DNA of 64,000 nt from a virus: IMG/VR virus record IMGVR_UViG_3300045988_180190. One strand, written 5' to 3'. A program made the position numbers and the translations under genes. A model generated the notes under the pieces. The model saw only the letters and a list, made by a program, of their open reading frames with translations, had not been told where the DNA came from and searched no databases. The first letter of the stretch is position 1. Every line of letters begins with the position of its first letter. This document shows positions 49,180-57,458 of the stretch, in pieces.

Positions 49180-50901
49180 TTAACTTTCTGGTGTATAAAA
49201 TTGGGGATCCACCCACTGGTAATTTCCTTTATTAATTTTAAAAATCGGAAGCATACTAATTGGGCAAATCGAAATTGCTGCCTGCTGTATTGCATTTAAA
49301 ATTTTTGAGATATTATCATATAACGTACTTAAAACCTCAACATTAATTTCTATAATTACTGCATTTGGAATGATATATTTAAAAAACCAATCGATTTGAG
49401 GCAAATTTTCATAATCATTCATTATATATTGTAATTTAGAATCGCTCCAATCAACGCCATTCCTAAAACTTATCCCGTAACTCGCATACCCTTGACCTCC
49501 GTCCCGAGCGCCAGGCAATAAAAAAGCTTTATATCTTTCACCTACGGTGGTAAGTTGATAACCCTTCTCAGGTGTAATATAGGCGGTAGCATTTTGCTGG
49601 ACCACAGAGTGCCAATAACCATTATTCTTCCATACGATGTCCCAAGAGGAGCTTATGCTTTTAAATGGCAATCCTCTAGACCTGCTTGAGTCCCCCATAT
49701 TAGGTGTTGTCCAGCAGGCACCAGGAACATTTGCCTCAGTACGACTTGGGTCCCACCAAGCTTCCTTCCCATTATTATAATACACATTAATTGGATTTAC
49801 TAGGTAGTCCCCTGGGTATAGTGTTGTGGATTGGGTTAGGTTTGTTTTCCCTTTTGTTATAATGGTAAATTGTTTTATTTTATTGGATGTGTCACCTTGA
49901 TATGAAGGTTGTGCAACATTAGTTAATTTATAGGCATAAAATCCATTTCCCAGTTCATTTACTCCTTCAATATTTTCTTTCGTAATGTCGCACTGGACAC
50001 TCACAGCAGTTCCGCCAAACATAGCATTTAGCGTCTTTCCAAAATTTTCAACACTCTGATCAGATCCCTTAACGTAATTACTTGCCTGCTGTGCTTCAAT
50101 ACCTACTGGTATATTATTTAATCCAAGTATAGCATTATAAATAGACTTACGCTTTTTATTCTGACCCCTGACTTTTGCATTAAAAATAAATGATCCGGTT
50201 ATACCGTCATATTGAAAATGTGTAACAAAAAAATTCCATAATGAGTCAATACGCGCTGACTCGTCTAGAGATTCATCAGTAAAATGACTCAAGTTTAGCC
50301 CCATGGAGAAAGGCAATAAGAACCCAACATACTTCTCAGATTGTCTGAAGTGTACTCCAGAGGTAAATTGCTTTATGTCGGAACTACTTTGGTTAAGAGA
50401 ATTCCAAGTCTGAATAGTAAATATCTCAAGGTCCTTTAGGTCTGAATCCTCTGTTGAGGTATCAAAAGGTAATAGTAATAGGATAGATTGTGATGAGACA
50501 AACTGGTCTGGTTTACCTAGATATTTCTTTAAAGAATCTCTTGTAAAGGAAGTAAAGGTAGAAGTATCTAGATTAATTGCTGTATTTAAATCCAAAGAAT
50601 CGGTAGAATCGGTGGAATCGGTATTTTCGCAAATAAGCAATTTAGCATCTTCCAGTAAAAATGTATGTTCCCTATTTGTAATATATAAGTTGTTATCTTT
50701 ATTATAAATGTTATCCCATATATTGTTTAAGCTAGTAAACACGGAGGACAAGATGGGCATTTTAGACATAGCTTTTGCCGCCTGCCTTGTTTTACCTTTA
50801 AGTAATTGATACCAGAATGAACCACATTCCGCAAAGTTCGTATCGGAATTAACCGCTAAATTTCTTGCAAAATATGATTGTAAAGTGTTGTCTTTTTCCA
50901 T
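49180..50901 (-). CDS. Baseplate/tail structural protein candidate
   Basis: 573-aa ORF directly after the putative baseplate-J-like gene. The assignment is positional only. Confidence 0.4.
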   Translation of the reverse strand: MEKDNTLQSYFARNLAVNSDTNFAECGSFWYQLLKGKTRQAAKAMSKMPILSSVFTSLNNIWDNIYNKDNNLYITNREHTFLLEDAKLLICENTDSTDSTDSLDLNTAINLDTSTFTSFTRDSLKKYLGKPDQFVSSQSILLLLPFDTSTEDSDLKDLEIFTIQTWNSLNQSSSDIKQFTSGVHFRQSEKYVGFLLPFSMGLNLSHFTDESLDESARIDSLWNFFVTHFQYDGITGSFIFNAKVRGQNKKRKSIYNAILGLNNIPVGIEAQQASNYVKGSDQSVENFGKTLNAMFGGTAVSVQCDITKENIEGVNELGNGFYAYKLTNVAQPSYQGDTSNKIKQFTIITKGKTNLTQSTTLYPGDYLVNPINVYYNNGKEAWWDPSRTEANVPGACWTTPNMGDSSRSRGLPFKSISSSWDIVWKNNGYWHSVVQQNATAYITPEKGYQLTTVGERYKAFLLPGARDGGQGYASYGISFRNGVDWSDSKLQYIMNDYENLPQIDWFFKYIIPNAVIIEINVEVLSTLYDNISKILNAIQQAAISICPISMLPIFKINKGNYQWVDPQFYTPES

Positions 50902-50903
50902 TG

Positions 50904-52835
50904 TTATGATAATTTTTCTACAAGATTTATATTCTCCTTAGGAAGTATTACAGACAATGATCGAGCCCCAGCGCCATATAGTTGTAATTTATAATCTATC
51001 TCTTGTGGATCGAACGTAGTTAATTGCTGCTTTGTAGTAGTGCCTGTAAGCTGTACGCCCTTTGCATCCAAGTATGTTCCAGCACTGCCCAACATTAATG
51101 TAGACTGCATGCTTATATTTTGTACGCCAGTCGCTCCCATAGAAATCATTATATCAGAAATATATGCGTCTGAATAGCTAAGAGGGAATACTAAACTATT
51201 CATTAACTCATAAATCTTCTCAATTGCCGCCTGACGATCAAAAAATTTATTTGTTTCCTTCGTGTAGTTAACTGTAAAGTTTTGCACAAAGTAATAGTAA
51301 CAGGATTTCACCTCTGTAGATATCGCTGGGTCACAGGCTGGACTTGCCACAAAAGTAGCTAAAGATTCTACTATTGGATCATACTGATAGTCATACCGCA
51401 TCCAGATGTAGCTGTCTACTGTACCATCTTCGTTTTGCTCCTCAGTGACATAATCAGTAAGATCCATTTGTTTAAAGCTACTCGGGAACGTAAACTGTGT
51501 CCCTCCTTGCGTTGGAGAGAAATTAAATGCGGTATAAAAATTTTTATCTGAGAAATTATAGAATTGATAAGGTATGTCATCGGAAAGTGGAGGTGCAGAG
51601 CTACCTTCCGAGTAATCGGCTGTGGGTGGGAATGTAGAATTATAGCTTTTACGCACAATCGCTGGATTAAGTTGCACACTAAGAGTGGCTGCGTCTATTT
51701 CTGTAGAAGTGGAGAAAGCATCCTCCCCCTCTCCGGCAATATTTAAGTTTAAACTACATACAGGATAGTGATTTAATCGAATAAAGGTTAAATCAGAAAG
51801 CGAAGGTGATTTATTTAATATACTCGGTTTTGTAGTGCCATAAAATCGATTAAATCCTGCATTGGGTGATACATAGCATTTAAAATACTCTGAGCACGTA
51901 GGTAGAGTTGACATCCCTCTCGCCCAGATATCAATAGCTGGAGAAAATGCGTATAAAGGATTATTTTCTGTCCTTACCATTTCAGCATCTCCCACTTTTG
52001 TAGGAGACACACCCGTAATCCCGGGGTATTTTTGCTCCACAAACGATATAATATTATTTCTAGTAGCAAAATTTGCAGATGGCTGTATTTTTTGCGCAAT
52101 TGTAATTAATTCAGCAAGAGTGGTGGGTGTTGTATAAGGGGCTATATCATAAGTCGCCACTACAGATTCTACGTCATCAAAAAAAGATAAATGCTCATTA
52201 ATCCCAGCTTCATCACCTGCATTAACTTCTGCATTCGAAGGTCCGACTATCGGTATATCGACAAAATATAAATTTGGTTGAAAGTTATTTGAGGACTCCC
52301 CAACATTTACAGTATTGGATACAGACAAAAAGAAATAATTACTGCTTGTATCAACGTATCCAGTATACCCATAAGGATAAATTTTAATGCTTGCATTTTT
52401 AGGAGTTGCATAATTAAAGATATAATTGTCGTTAAACTGCAATAATTCACCTTTGTCCATTACATAGGGTTCCCTGCCAGTATTTCCAGGTCCATTGTAA
52501 ATAAAGGATAAACGCGCAACACCCGTGGTATTTGCATCTACAAGGCTATCAACACCCAGTCCCCTTAGAAATTCAGTGACAAAACCACAGTCACAAACTA
52601 CGCCATTAATAACATTTAATAAATCCATATCGGACAAAACACATTCTAGTGCTGTCTCGATCTGAGCCACAATCTTACCAAATCTTTCTATCAAGAATTT
52701 GCCCACTACGGAATTAGGGGAAAATCCGGTATCTGGAAATGATTGAATTAATAAGATGCGCATTCTATCTTCACATTCTTGTAGCTTCGTGGGAGATAGA
52801 GTATCTGAGGAGGATATATAGTCGGTTAAATTCAT
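50904..52835 (-). CDS. Baseplate wedge protein candidate (gpJ/gp6-like by size and position)
   Basis: About 643 aa from the ATG at 52835; the track start is 52868. It follows a gp25/W-like small protein. The assignment rests on gene order, not on motifs. Confidence 0.35.
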   Translation of the reverse strand: MNLTDYISSSDTLSPTKLQECEDRMRILLIQSFPDTGFSPNSVVGKFLIERFGKIVAQIETALECVLSDMDLLNVINGVVCDCGFVTEFLRGLGVDSLVDANTTGVARLSFIYNGPGNTGREPYVMDKGELLQFNDNYIFNYATPKNASIKIYPYGYTGYVDTSSNYFFLSVSNTVNVGESSNNFQPNLYFVDIPIVGPSNAEVNAGDEAGINEHLSFFDDVESVVATYDIAPYTTPTTLAELITIAQKIQPSANFATRNNIISFVEQKYPGITGVSPTKVGDAEMVRTENNPLYAFSPAIDIWARGMSTLPTCSEYFKCYVSPNAGFNRFYGTTKPSILNKSPSLSDLTFIRLNHYPVCSLNLNIAGEGEDAFSTSTEIDAATLSVQLNPAIVRKSYNSTFPPTADYSEGSSAPPLSDDIPYQFYNFSDKNFYTAFNFSPTQGGTQFTFPSSFKQMDLTDYVTEEQNEDGTVDSYIWMRYDYQYDPIVESLATFVASPACDPAISTEVKSCYYYFVQNFTVNYTKETNKFFDRQAAIEKIYELMNSLVFPLSYSDAYISDIMISMGATGVQNISMQSTLMLGSAGTYLDAKGVQLTGTTTKQQLTTFDPQEIDYKLQLYGAGARSLSVILPKENINLVEKLS

Positions 52836-52839
52836 AAAT

Positions 52840-53400
52840 TTAAAATTCTGTTGATAGTTCAATTTCACCTATTACCGTTTGGTCGTCAAACGTGAATTGC
52901 AAAGTTAATATAGCTTTATCGTAGGAAAATTTATAAGGTGTTACAACGATATTACTAATAGTATTTACGTAAGTAGTATTAGGTGTTACCGTTGAATCTA
53001 TTGTATCTTGTTGTGAGGAAAAGTAGTTAGCAAGAGCATTATTTAATGCTCCAATAGCTTGATTCTCAAAAAATTTAGTATCTGAACCTGCAAAATTACA
53101 AGTATGCGTAAGATAACTGGAATTCACTAATGCATAATTTAAGGTATCTTCCTGTAGGGTTGTGCCCTCATCCTCATTTAGAGGATTACTTCCCTGTCTC
53201 GTACCTATGTTTACCATGGAATCCTGAATAGTCGAGTCTTTTCCAGAATTTAAATTGTCGAAATCAAATGTTATATCTTCTGTCTTACCTGGTTCTACCG
53301 CACTAGCAAAATTTAATTTAACTCCCCTATTATATATTGGGGAGCTTGATTCTGCAGGGTTGGAAACATTACAAAGATACTTAAATTGTTGAGTTATCAT
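52840..53400 (-). CDS. Baseplate wedge gp25/gpW-like protein candidate
   Basis: 186 aa. IGTRQGSNPLNEDEGTTLQ loosely resembles the G-x-R-x3-P-x-(F/E)G core of GPW/gp25 proteins. Confidence 0.3.
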   Translation of the reverse strand: MITQQFKYLCNVSNPAESSSPIYNRGVKLNFASAVEPGKTEDITFDFDNLNSGKDSTIQDSMVNIGTRQGSNPLNEDEGTTLQEDTLNYALVNSSYLTHTCNFAGSDTKFFENQAIGALNNALANYFSSQQDTIDSTVTPNTTYVNTISNIVVTPYKFSYDKAILTLQFTFDDQTVIGEIELSTEF

Positions 53401-53405
53401 TACTG

Positions 53406-53732
53406 TCAGCTCTGGTTCATTTGGTTATTTAACATAGAAGTTGCTTGAAGTAAGTTGCTATTGTACAGTTTTTTATCAAGAGCAGAAGCATATAGCAATT
53501 TTCTTGAAGCATATCTGCTGATCGCATCTCGTTTTAGTGCAAAAGCAAATTGGTACTCTATCGCGTCTTTCGATTGTTCTGCCTCAGAGGCTTGGGACCT
53601 TAAGCTTCCCAATGTACTCATTATATTTCCATTATTTCCGGATACGAGTTCACTGAATGACTTATAAGATTTTCCTTGTATAAAATCCGTTACATTGCTT
53701 ATGGTTTTCGAAGCTAAGTCATTAATTGTCAT
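53406..53732 (-). CDS. Hypothetical protein
   Basis: 108-aa ORF with a 4-nt overlap with the sigma-factor gene. Confidence 0.5.
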   Translation of the reverse strand: MTINDLASKTISNVTDFIQGKSYKSFSELVSGNNGNIMSTLGSLRSQASEAEQSKDAIEYQFAFALKRDAISRYASRKLLYASALDKKLYNSNLLQATSMLNNQMNQS

Positions 53733-54667
53733 GAGGCATATACCTCCTCTAAAGTTTGTGACATTTGATTTAAATCCTTGGCAAAACGATTAGCTAATCG
53801 AGAAATTGTAGGCAGGGAAACGTTATATTTCTGAGAAATTTGTTGAGGGGATAATACTTTAGCACCCCCAAATCCAGTCAAGTGTTCGAATACTTTTTTT
53901 TGCTTATGGTCTAGGTCATTATAGACATATAACTGAGCTTCATTTACAAAATCAGGTGCTTGTGCTGCGGTTTCATCCACAGCACCCTGAGATTCATCTT
54001 CAGCGTCTGCGGAAGTAAACATCTGATTTTCACTCACTTGTTTTACAGACTTATTGCGTATATCTACCAACTTTTTCAAAGATACCCCTGCGGCATCGGA
54101 AAGTTCAGTTAAGTCTGGATCTCTGCCATGCTTATCTATAAATTCTTGCTCTGCCTGATTTATAGCTTGAGCTTCGTAAATGTATCTCTCTGGTATTTTT
54201 ATAGGATTACGTAGGTCACGAGCAACTCGTGTCATTTTTCTTAATTGCGATGACACATATGTAGGAAGATTAACATTGTATCCGGGATCAAACTCTTTTA
54301 TTGCCTTTGCGGCTATAAGTTTAGCTTTTGATTCAAGCAGGGGATCCCCTATAGCATTGTTAGACGCAAGTGAATAATTAATAGTATCTTTCAGGCTGTG
54401 TAAAACTTGAGATAACGCTTTTTTGTTTGGATTGGATTTATAAATCCGGTAAGCTTCCCCATAAGTTAATTTTGAATTATCGTTAACAAACGACTCAGGA
54501 TCTTTATCCATGTAAGAAATAAAATCCATATTATCATTTAGGTCCTCATCGACCACTTTTATAGAGTCAAATGAGTCATTCTCTTTAGATTTTTTAGAAT
54601 CCAAAGTAGGAAATGGTGATAATATGGACATGGTAGATTGCGGAGTATCTGTTGATAATTTAGTCAT
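53729..54667 (-). CDS. Sigma-70-family RNA polymerase sigma factor
   Basis: 312 aa. Region-2-like LIAAKAIKEFDPGYNVNLPTYVSSQLRKMTRVARDL. Region-3-like IKIPERYIYEAQAINQAEQEFIDKHGRDPDLTELSDAAGVSLKKL. Region-4.2-like HTH LSPQQISQKYNVSLPTISRLANRFAKDL. Confidence 0.7.
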   Translation of the reverse strand: MTKLSTDTPQSTMSILSPFPTLDSKKSKENDSFDSIKVVDEDLNDNMDFISYMDKDPESFVNDNSKLTYGEAYRIYKSNPNKKALSQVLHSLKDTINYSLASNNAIGDPLLESKAKLIAAKAIKEFDPGYNVNLPTYVSSQLRKMTRVARDLRNPIKIPERYIYEAQAINQAEQEFIDKHGRDPDLTELSDAAGVSLKKLVDIRNKSVKQVSENQMFTSADAEDESQGAVDETAAQAPDFVNEAQLYVYNDLDHKQKKVFEHLTGFGGAKVLSPQQISQKYNVSLPTISRLANRFAKDLNQMSQTLEEVYAS

Positions 54668-54728
54668 GAGTAATTTAACTGTATACTACACAATGCTACT
54701 AAATAGAAGTCAAGAAAAATATCAAGCC

Positions 54729-54959
54729 TTATCCCCCACAGCACTTACGGGAAGAAGAAGACCATTTTCTACGATGAGTAACTGCGGGTTTTGATTTAAA
54801 CGCCGCAGGAGACTTGGGCTTAGACATTAATGTTTTAGCTTCCACTGGGGTTGTTGTAGTGCCATTGTATATAGCTTCTCTTAAATCGAAAGGTACAAAC
54901 GCACCGGTGGGAACATTAAAAACTACTTTTGGTGCATATTTTTGGTTTTTATTAGACAT
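54729..54959 (-). CDS. Hypothetical small protein
   Basis: 76-aa ORF with a basic C-terminus ending CCGG. Confidence 0.4.
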   Translation of the reverse strand: MSNKNQKYAPKVVFNVPTGAFVPFDLREAIYNGTTTTPVEAKTLMSKPKSPAAFKSKPAVTHRRKWSSSSRKCCGG

Positions 54960-55626
54960 GACTAGGATGTTTTAAAATTTCTTGAAGCTTTGCAACTATA
55001 ATATTATTATATTTTCTTCTTATAGTAAACTTAGAACAAGATTTACAAACTTTATCATTGCGGATTTCTGAAAAATATTTGGATAAAATATCAGACGCCT
55101 CTTTGGTTTTAATATTTATTTCAGGCGGGTAGTTTATTAGTCCAAGATTAATACAATTTACTAATATATTAAGTAAGTCTATAAATAGGTCTACCCTGTC
55201 TTTAGGATAAAAGTATGGTAACATTTTAAACAAAATCTTACGATTTACATTACCCAAAACACAACTCGGACATACTCCTTGATCTGGATGAGTATTCAAC
55301 CACTCTTTTTGCTCTTTGACTTTTAGTTCAGGTAGATCTTTTAAGATAATATGCCGCAATCCTTCTGAATAATTAACAAGTTCCTGCTCTGAAGATATCA
55401 TTAACTTGAACATATCCTTATAAACAAGAGGCACTAACTCAGGGGGAATTGAATCTATTGGTTTGAGTACTACGGGATTACTTGAATCGATACGTAATCC
55501 CTTGCTAGATATAATTTTTTCCTTTAGAGCCTCATCGTCTACCAAGATATTAAGTTCACCATTTACTATAACTACAGAAAAGTTTAAATCTTCTTTTGTT
55601 GATTTTAACTTAACACTTAGTTGCAT
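54952..55626 (-). CDS. Hypothetical protein, paralog of 56091..56711
   Basis: 224 aa. It shares the N-terminal pattern (...V..G..LNI...D.E) and the C-terminal C-x-x-C-x4-I-(R/K)-RKY-x3-I-x-KL with its paralog. Confidence 0.55.
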   Translation of the reverse strand: MQLSVKLKSTKEDLNFSVVIVNGELNILVDDEALKEKIISSKGLRIDSSNPVVLKPIDSIPPELVPLVYKDMFKLMISSEQELVNYSEGLRHIILKDLPELKVKEQKEWLNTHPDQGVCPSCVLGNVNRKILFKMLPYFYPKDRVDLFIDLLNILVNCINLGLINYPPEINIKTKEASDILSKYFSEIRNDKVCKSCSKFTIRRKYNNIIVAKLQEILKHPSHV

Positions 55627-55627
55627 A

Positions 55628-56089
55628 CTATTCCCCTTGCCTTTGAATCCGTTCTACTATGTTAAAAATCAAGTGTACCAGAATTGGTTGAGAGGCCACA
55701 AATGCTATCAATACAGGAATATAAAGTATGTACCCAGTTAGTATAAAGGCACATAGATTGACCCAAAAAACAATATGATAACATAAACAAAATCTACATG
55801 TTACCAATTCACCCCAAAAATTACCTAGCCTAGCCTGTGCCCAACCCTGAGTTGTGTCGCTCCCTTCCCAATCTTCCACACTCCAGGTTAATGGAGATCT
55901 CGCGGGATGAGATTCCCCCAAAAGCTCTACATCAGAGGGTGGCATCCAGAAAGTATTATCCATTTGCTTTATACCGATCCATTTTGCAAATGCACAAATT
56001 AATGTTGGCAAACTACTTTTAAACCAAGTAAATAATAATGAAGCAGATGCTAACAATGTTATAGCATAAAGAAATATTATATCCTTCAT
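55628..56089 (-). CDS. Integral membrane protein, tentatively DUF1360-like
   Basis: 153 aa with three to four hydrophobic helices. GELVTCRFCLCYHIVFWVNL resembles the GEL..CpwC...W core of DUF1360 as I remember it. Confidence 0.45.
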   Translation of the reverse strand: MKDIIFLYAITLLASASLLFTWFKSSLPTLICAFAKWIGIKQMDNTFWMPPSDVELLGESHPARSPLTWSVEDWEGSDTTQGWAQARLGNFWGELVTCRFCLCYHIVFWVNLCAFILTGYILYIPVLIAFVASQPILVHLIFNIVERIQRQGE

Positions 56090-56090
56090 T

Positions 56091-56711
56091 TTAGACCTCC
56101 AATTTTTCTATTAAACTTAAATATTTACGTTTTATGCTATTTAAAGCACACGTTGTGCAACCCTTGCCACGCTTTGCATTTGCCTGTTCATCCAGCATCA
56201 TTTTTGCTAAAGTTTTTGATTTCTCATAAAATAAATTATTAGATATTTCTTCTGCACTTTCAATTTTTGCAAAATTTAAAATATCGAGAATTTTCCGTGC
56301 ATAAGGCTCACCGTCTTTTGAGTTTAAAATAAATTCCCTGCAAATATCCGAGTAAATACGGTCTATTGCGAACTTTCTATCCAAGTTTAAAGTTTTTAAT
56401 TCTTGTTTGGTTTTTAAGATTTCCGACAAATCAATTTTTTTTAATAAATCCGGAAGACAGCTTAAATTCGAATTATCAAATAACCATTCTGTTACTGTTA
56501 AAATAGCATTATTTAAGAGTTTGGGTAATATGGTATCAAACTTAAAATTAAATAACAGGTTGTTTTTTGATAAGTCTTCTAGCGTATACCATTTAGAATC
56601 TAAAGGCTTTTGGCTTTCGTTATCAAAAAGATAAATATTTAATGTGTCTCCTTTAAATACAACCTCTGATGGATTTATTTCTTTGTTGTTTAAATATATT
56701 TGCAATTTCAT
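56091..56711 (-). CDS. Hypothetical protein, paralog of 54952..55626
   Basis: The start is moved to MKLQIYL (56711, an ATGA overlap with the upstream stop). The C-terminus is KGCTTCALNSIKRKYLSLIEKLEV. Confidence 0.55.
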   Translation of the reverse strand: MKLQIYLNNKEINPSEVVFKGDTLNIYLFDNESQKPLDSKWYTLEDLSKNNLLFNFKFDTILPKLLNNAILTVTEWLFDNSNLSCLPDLLKKIDLSEILKTKQELKTLNLDRKFAIDRIYSDICREFILNSKDGEPYARKILDILNFAKIESAEEISNNLFYEKSKTLAKMMLDEQANAKRGKGCTTCALNSIKRKYLSLIEKLEV

Positions 56712-57457
56712 TTTACAAACGGGGGTTCCGAGCAATAAGCTATCCGTGATTGTAAATCCGACAGCAATTTACTCCTTTGTTCTATTTTAAGGTTAATTAA
56801 AAATAATAAAGTAAACAAAAGCAAGATTTTTTCCGACTTAGGAGCTTGTTTACTATTATTCAAAATCGGTATAAATGACAATAAGTCTAAAATTGTAGTA
56901 TTTAACAAACACTGATGTATATCCCCGAACGCAAGTGCTATTTCCGCTATATCATTTGGGGAAATCTCCTGCCAATCCGTTGCAAGATTTCCAATGACAT
57001 TCGATGTATCGTATACATACTTCAATTCTTTATCTTTTAACAAATCAGCCGTGTTTGATGCAATTGCAGATAACTGGCTGGTAAAGGTTAAAAGTTTTAA
57101 CTGAGATATAAACTTTTTATATTTATTTTGAAAATATTCTGCAGTTTCCCTTGATATGGGTAACTTAATACATTGAAACGTATATGGAAGCAAAAGCTTT
57201 AGGGTAAAACATGAAAAATTTATTTTTCTCTTATTGTTGTCAAACAATATATTGATTATATTGTCCGGAAACAATGTCGTGACCAATTCTCTTTCAGTTT
57301 TTATATATGTGGGATATCCATCTGTAACAGCTTGAAATTTTTTCCAAATCTCTTCGATGTTTGTATTAGGAAAACTAATCATCAAAGACTCCGGTAAATT
57401 AACAGGTCGTAATTTTGCAATATAAGAAATAGGTGTAGGTATTTTAAAGCTAAACAT
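56708..57457 (-). CDS. Hypothetical protein (start moved to an internal ATG)
   Basis: The ATG at 57457 (MFSFKIPT...) lies 1 nt after the upstream stop. The track start at 57523 would overlap by 65 nt. Confidence 0.5.
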   Translation of the reverse strand: MFSFKIPTPISYIAKLRPVNLPESLMISFPNTNIEEIWKKFQAVTDGYPTYIKTERELVTTLFPDNIINILFDNNKRKINFSCFTLKLLLPYTFQCIKLPISRETAEYFQNKYKKFISQLKLLTFTSQLSAIASNTADLLKDKELKYVYDTSNVIGNLATDWQEISPNDIAEIALAFGDIHQCLLNTTILDLLSFIPILNNSKQAPKSEKILLLFTLLFLINLKIEQRSKLLSDLQSRIAYCSEPPFVK

Positions 57458-57458
57458 T

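Noticed and set aside
50590-50630. The 3 x 9-bp repeat (GAATCGGTA/G) encoding TDSTDSTDS in the 573-aa protein as a phase-variation tract
   Set aside because: It is in frame (unit divisible by three), has only three copies and encodes a plausible linker. Length change would not switch expression.
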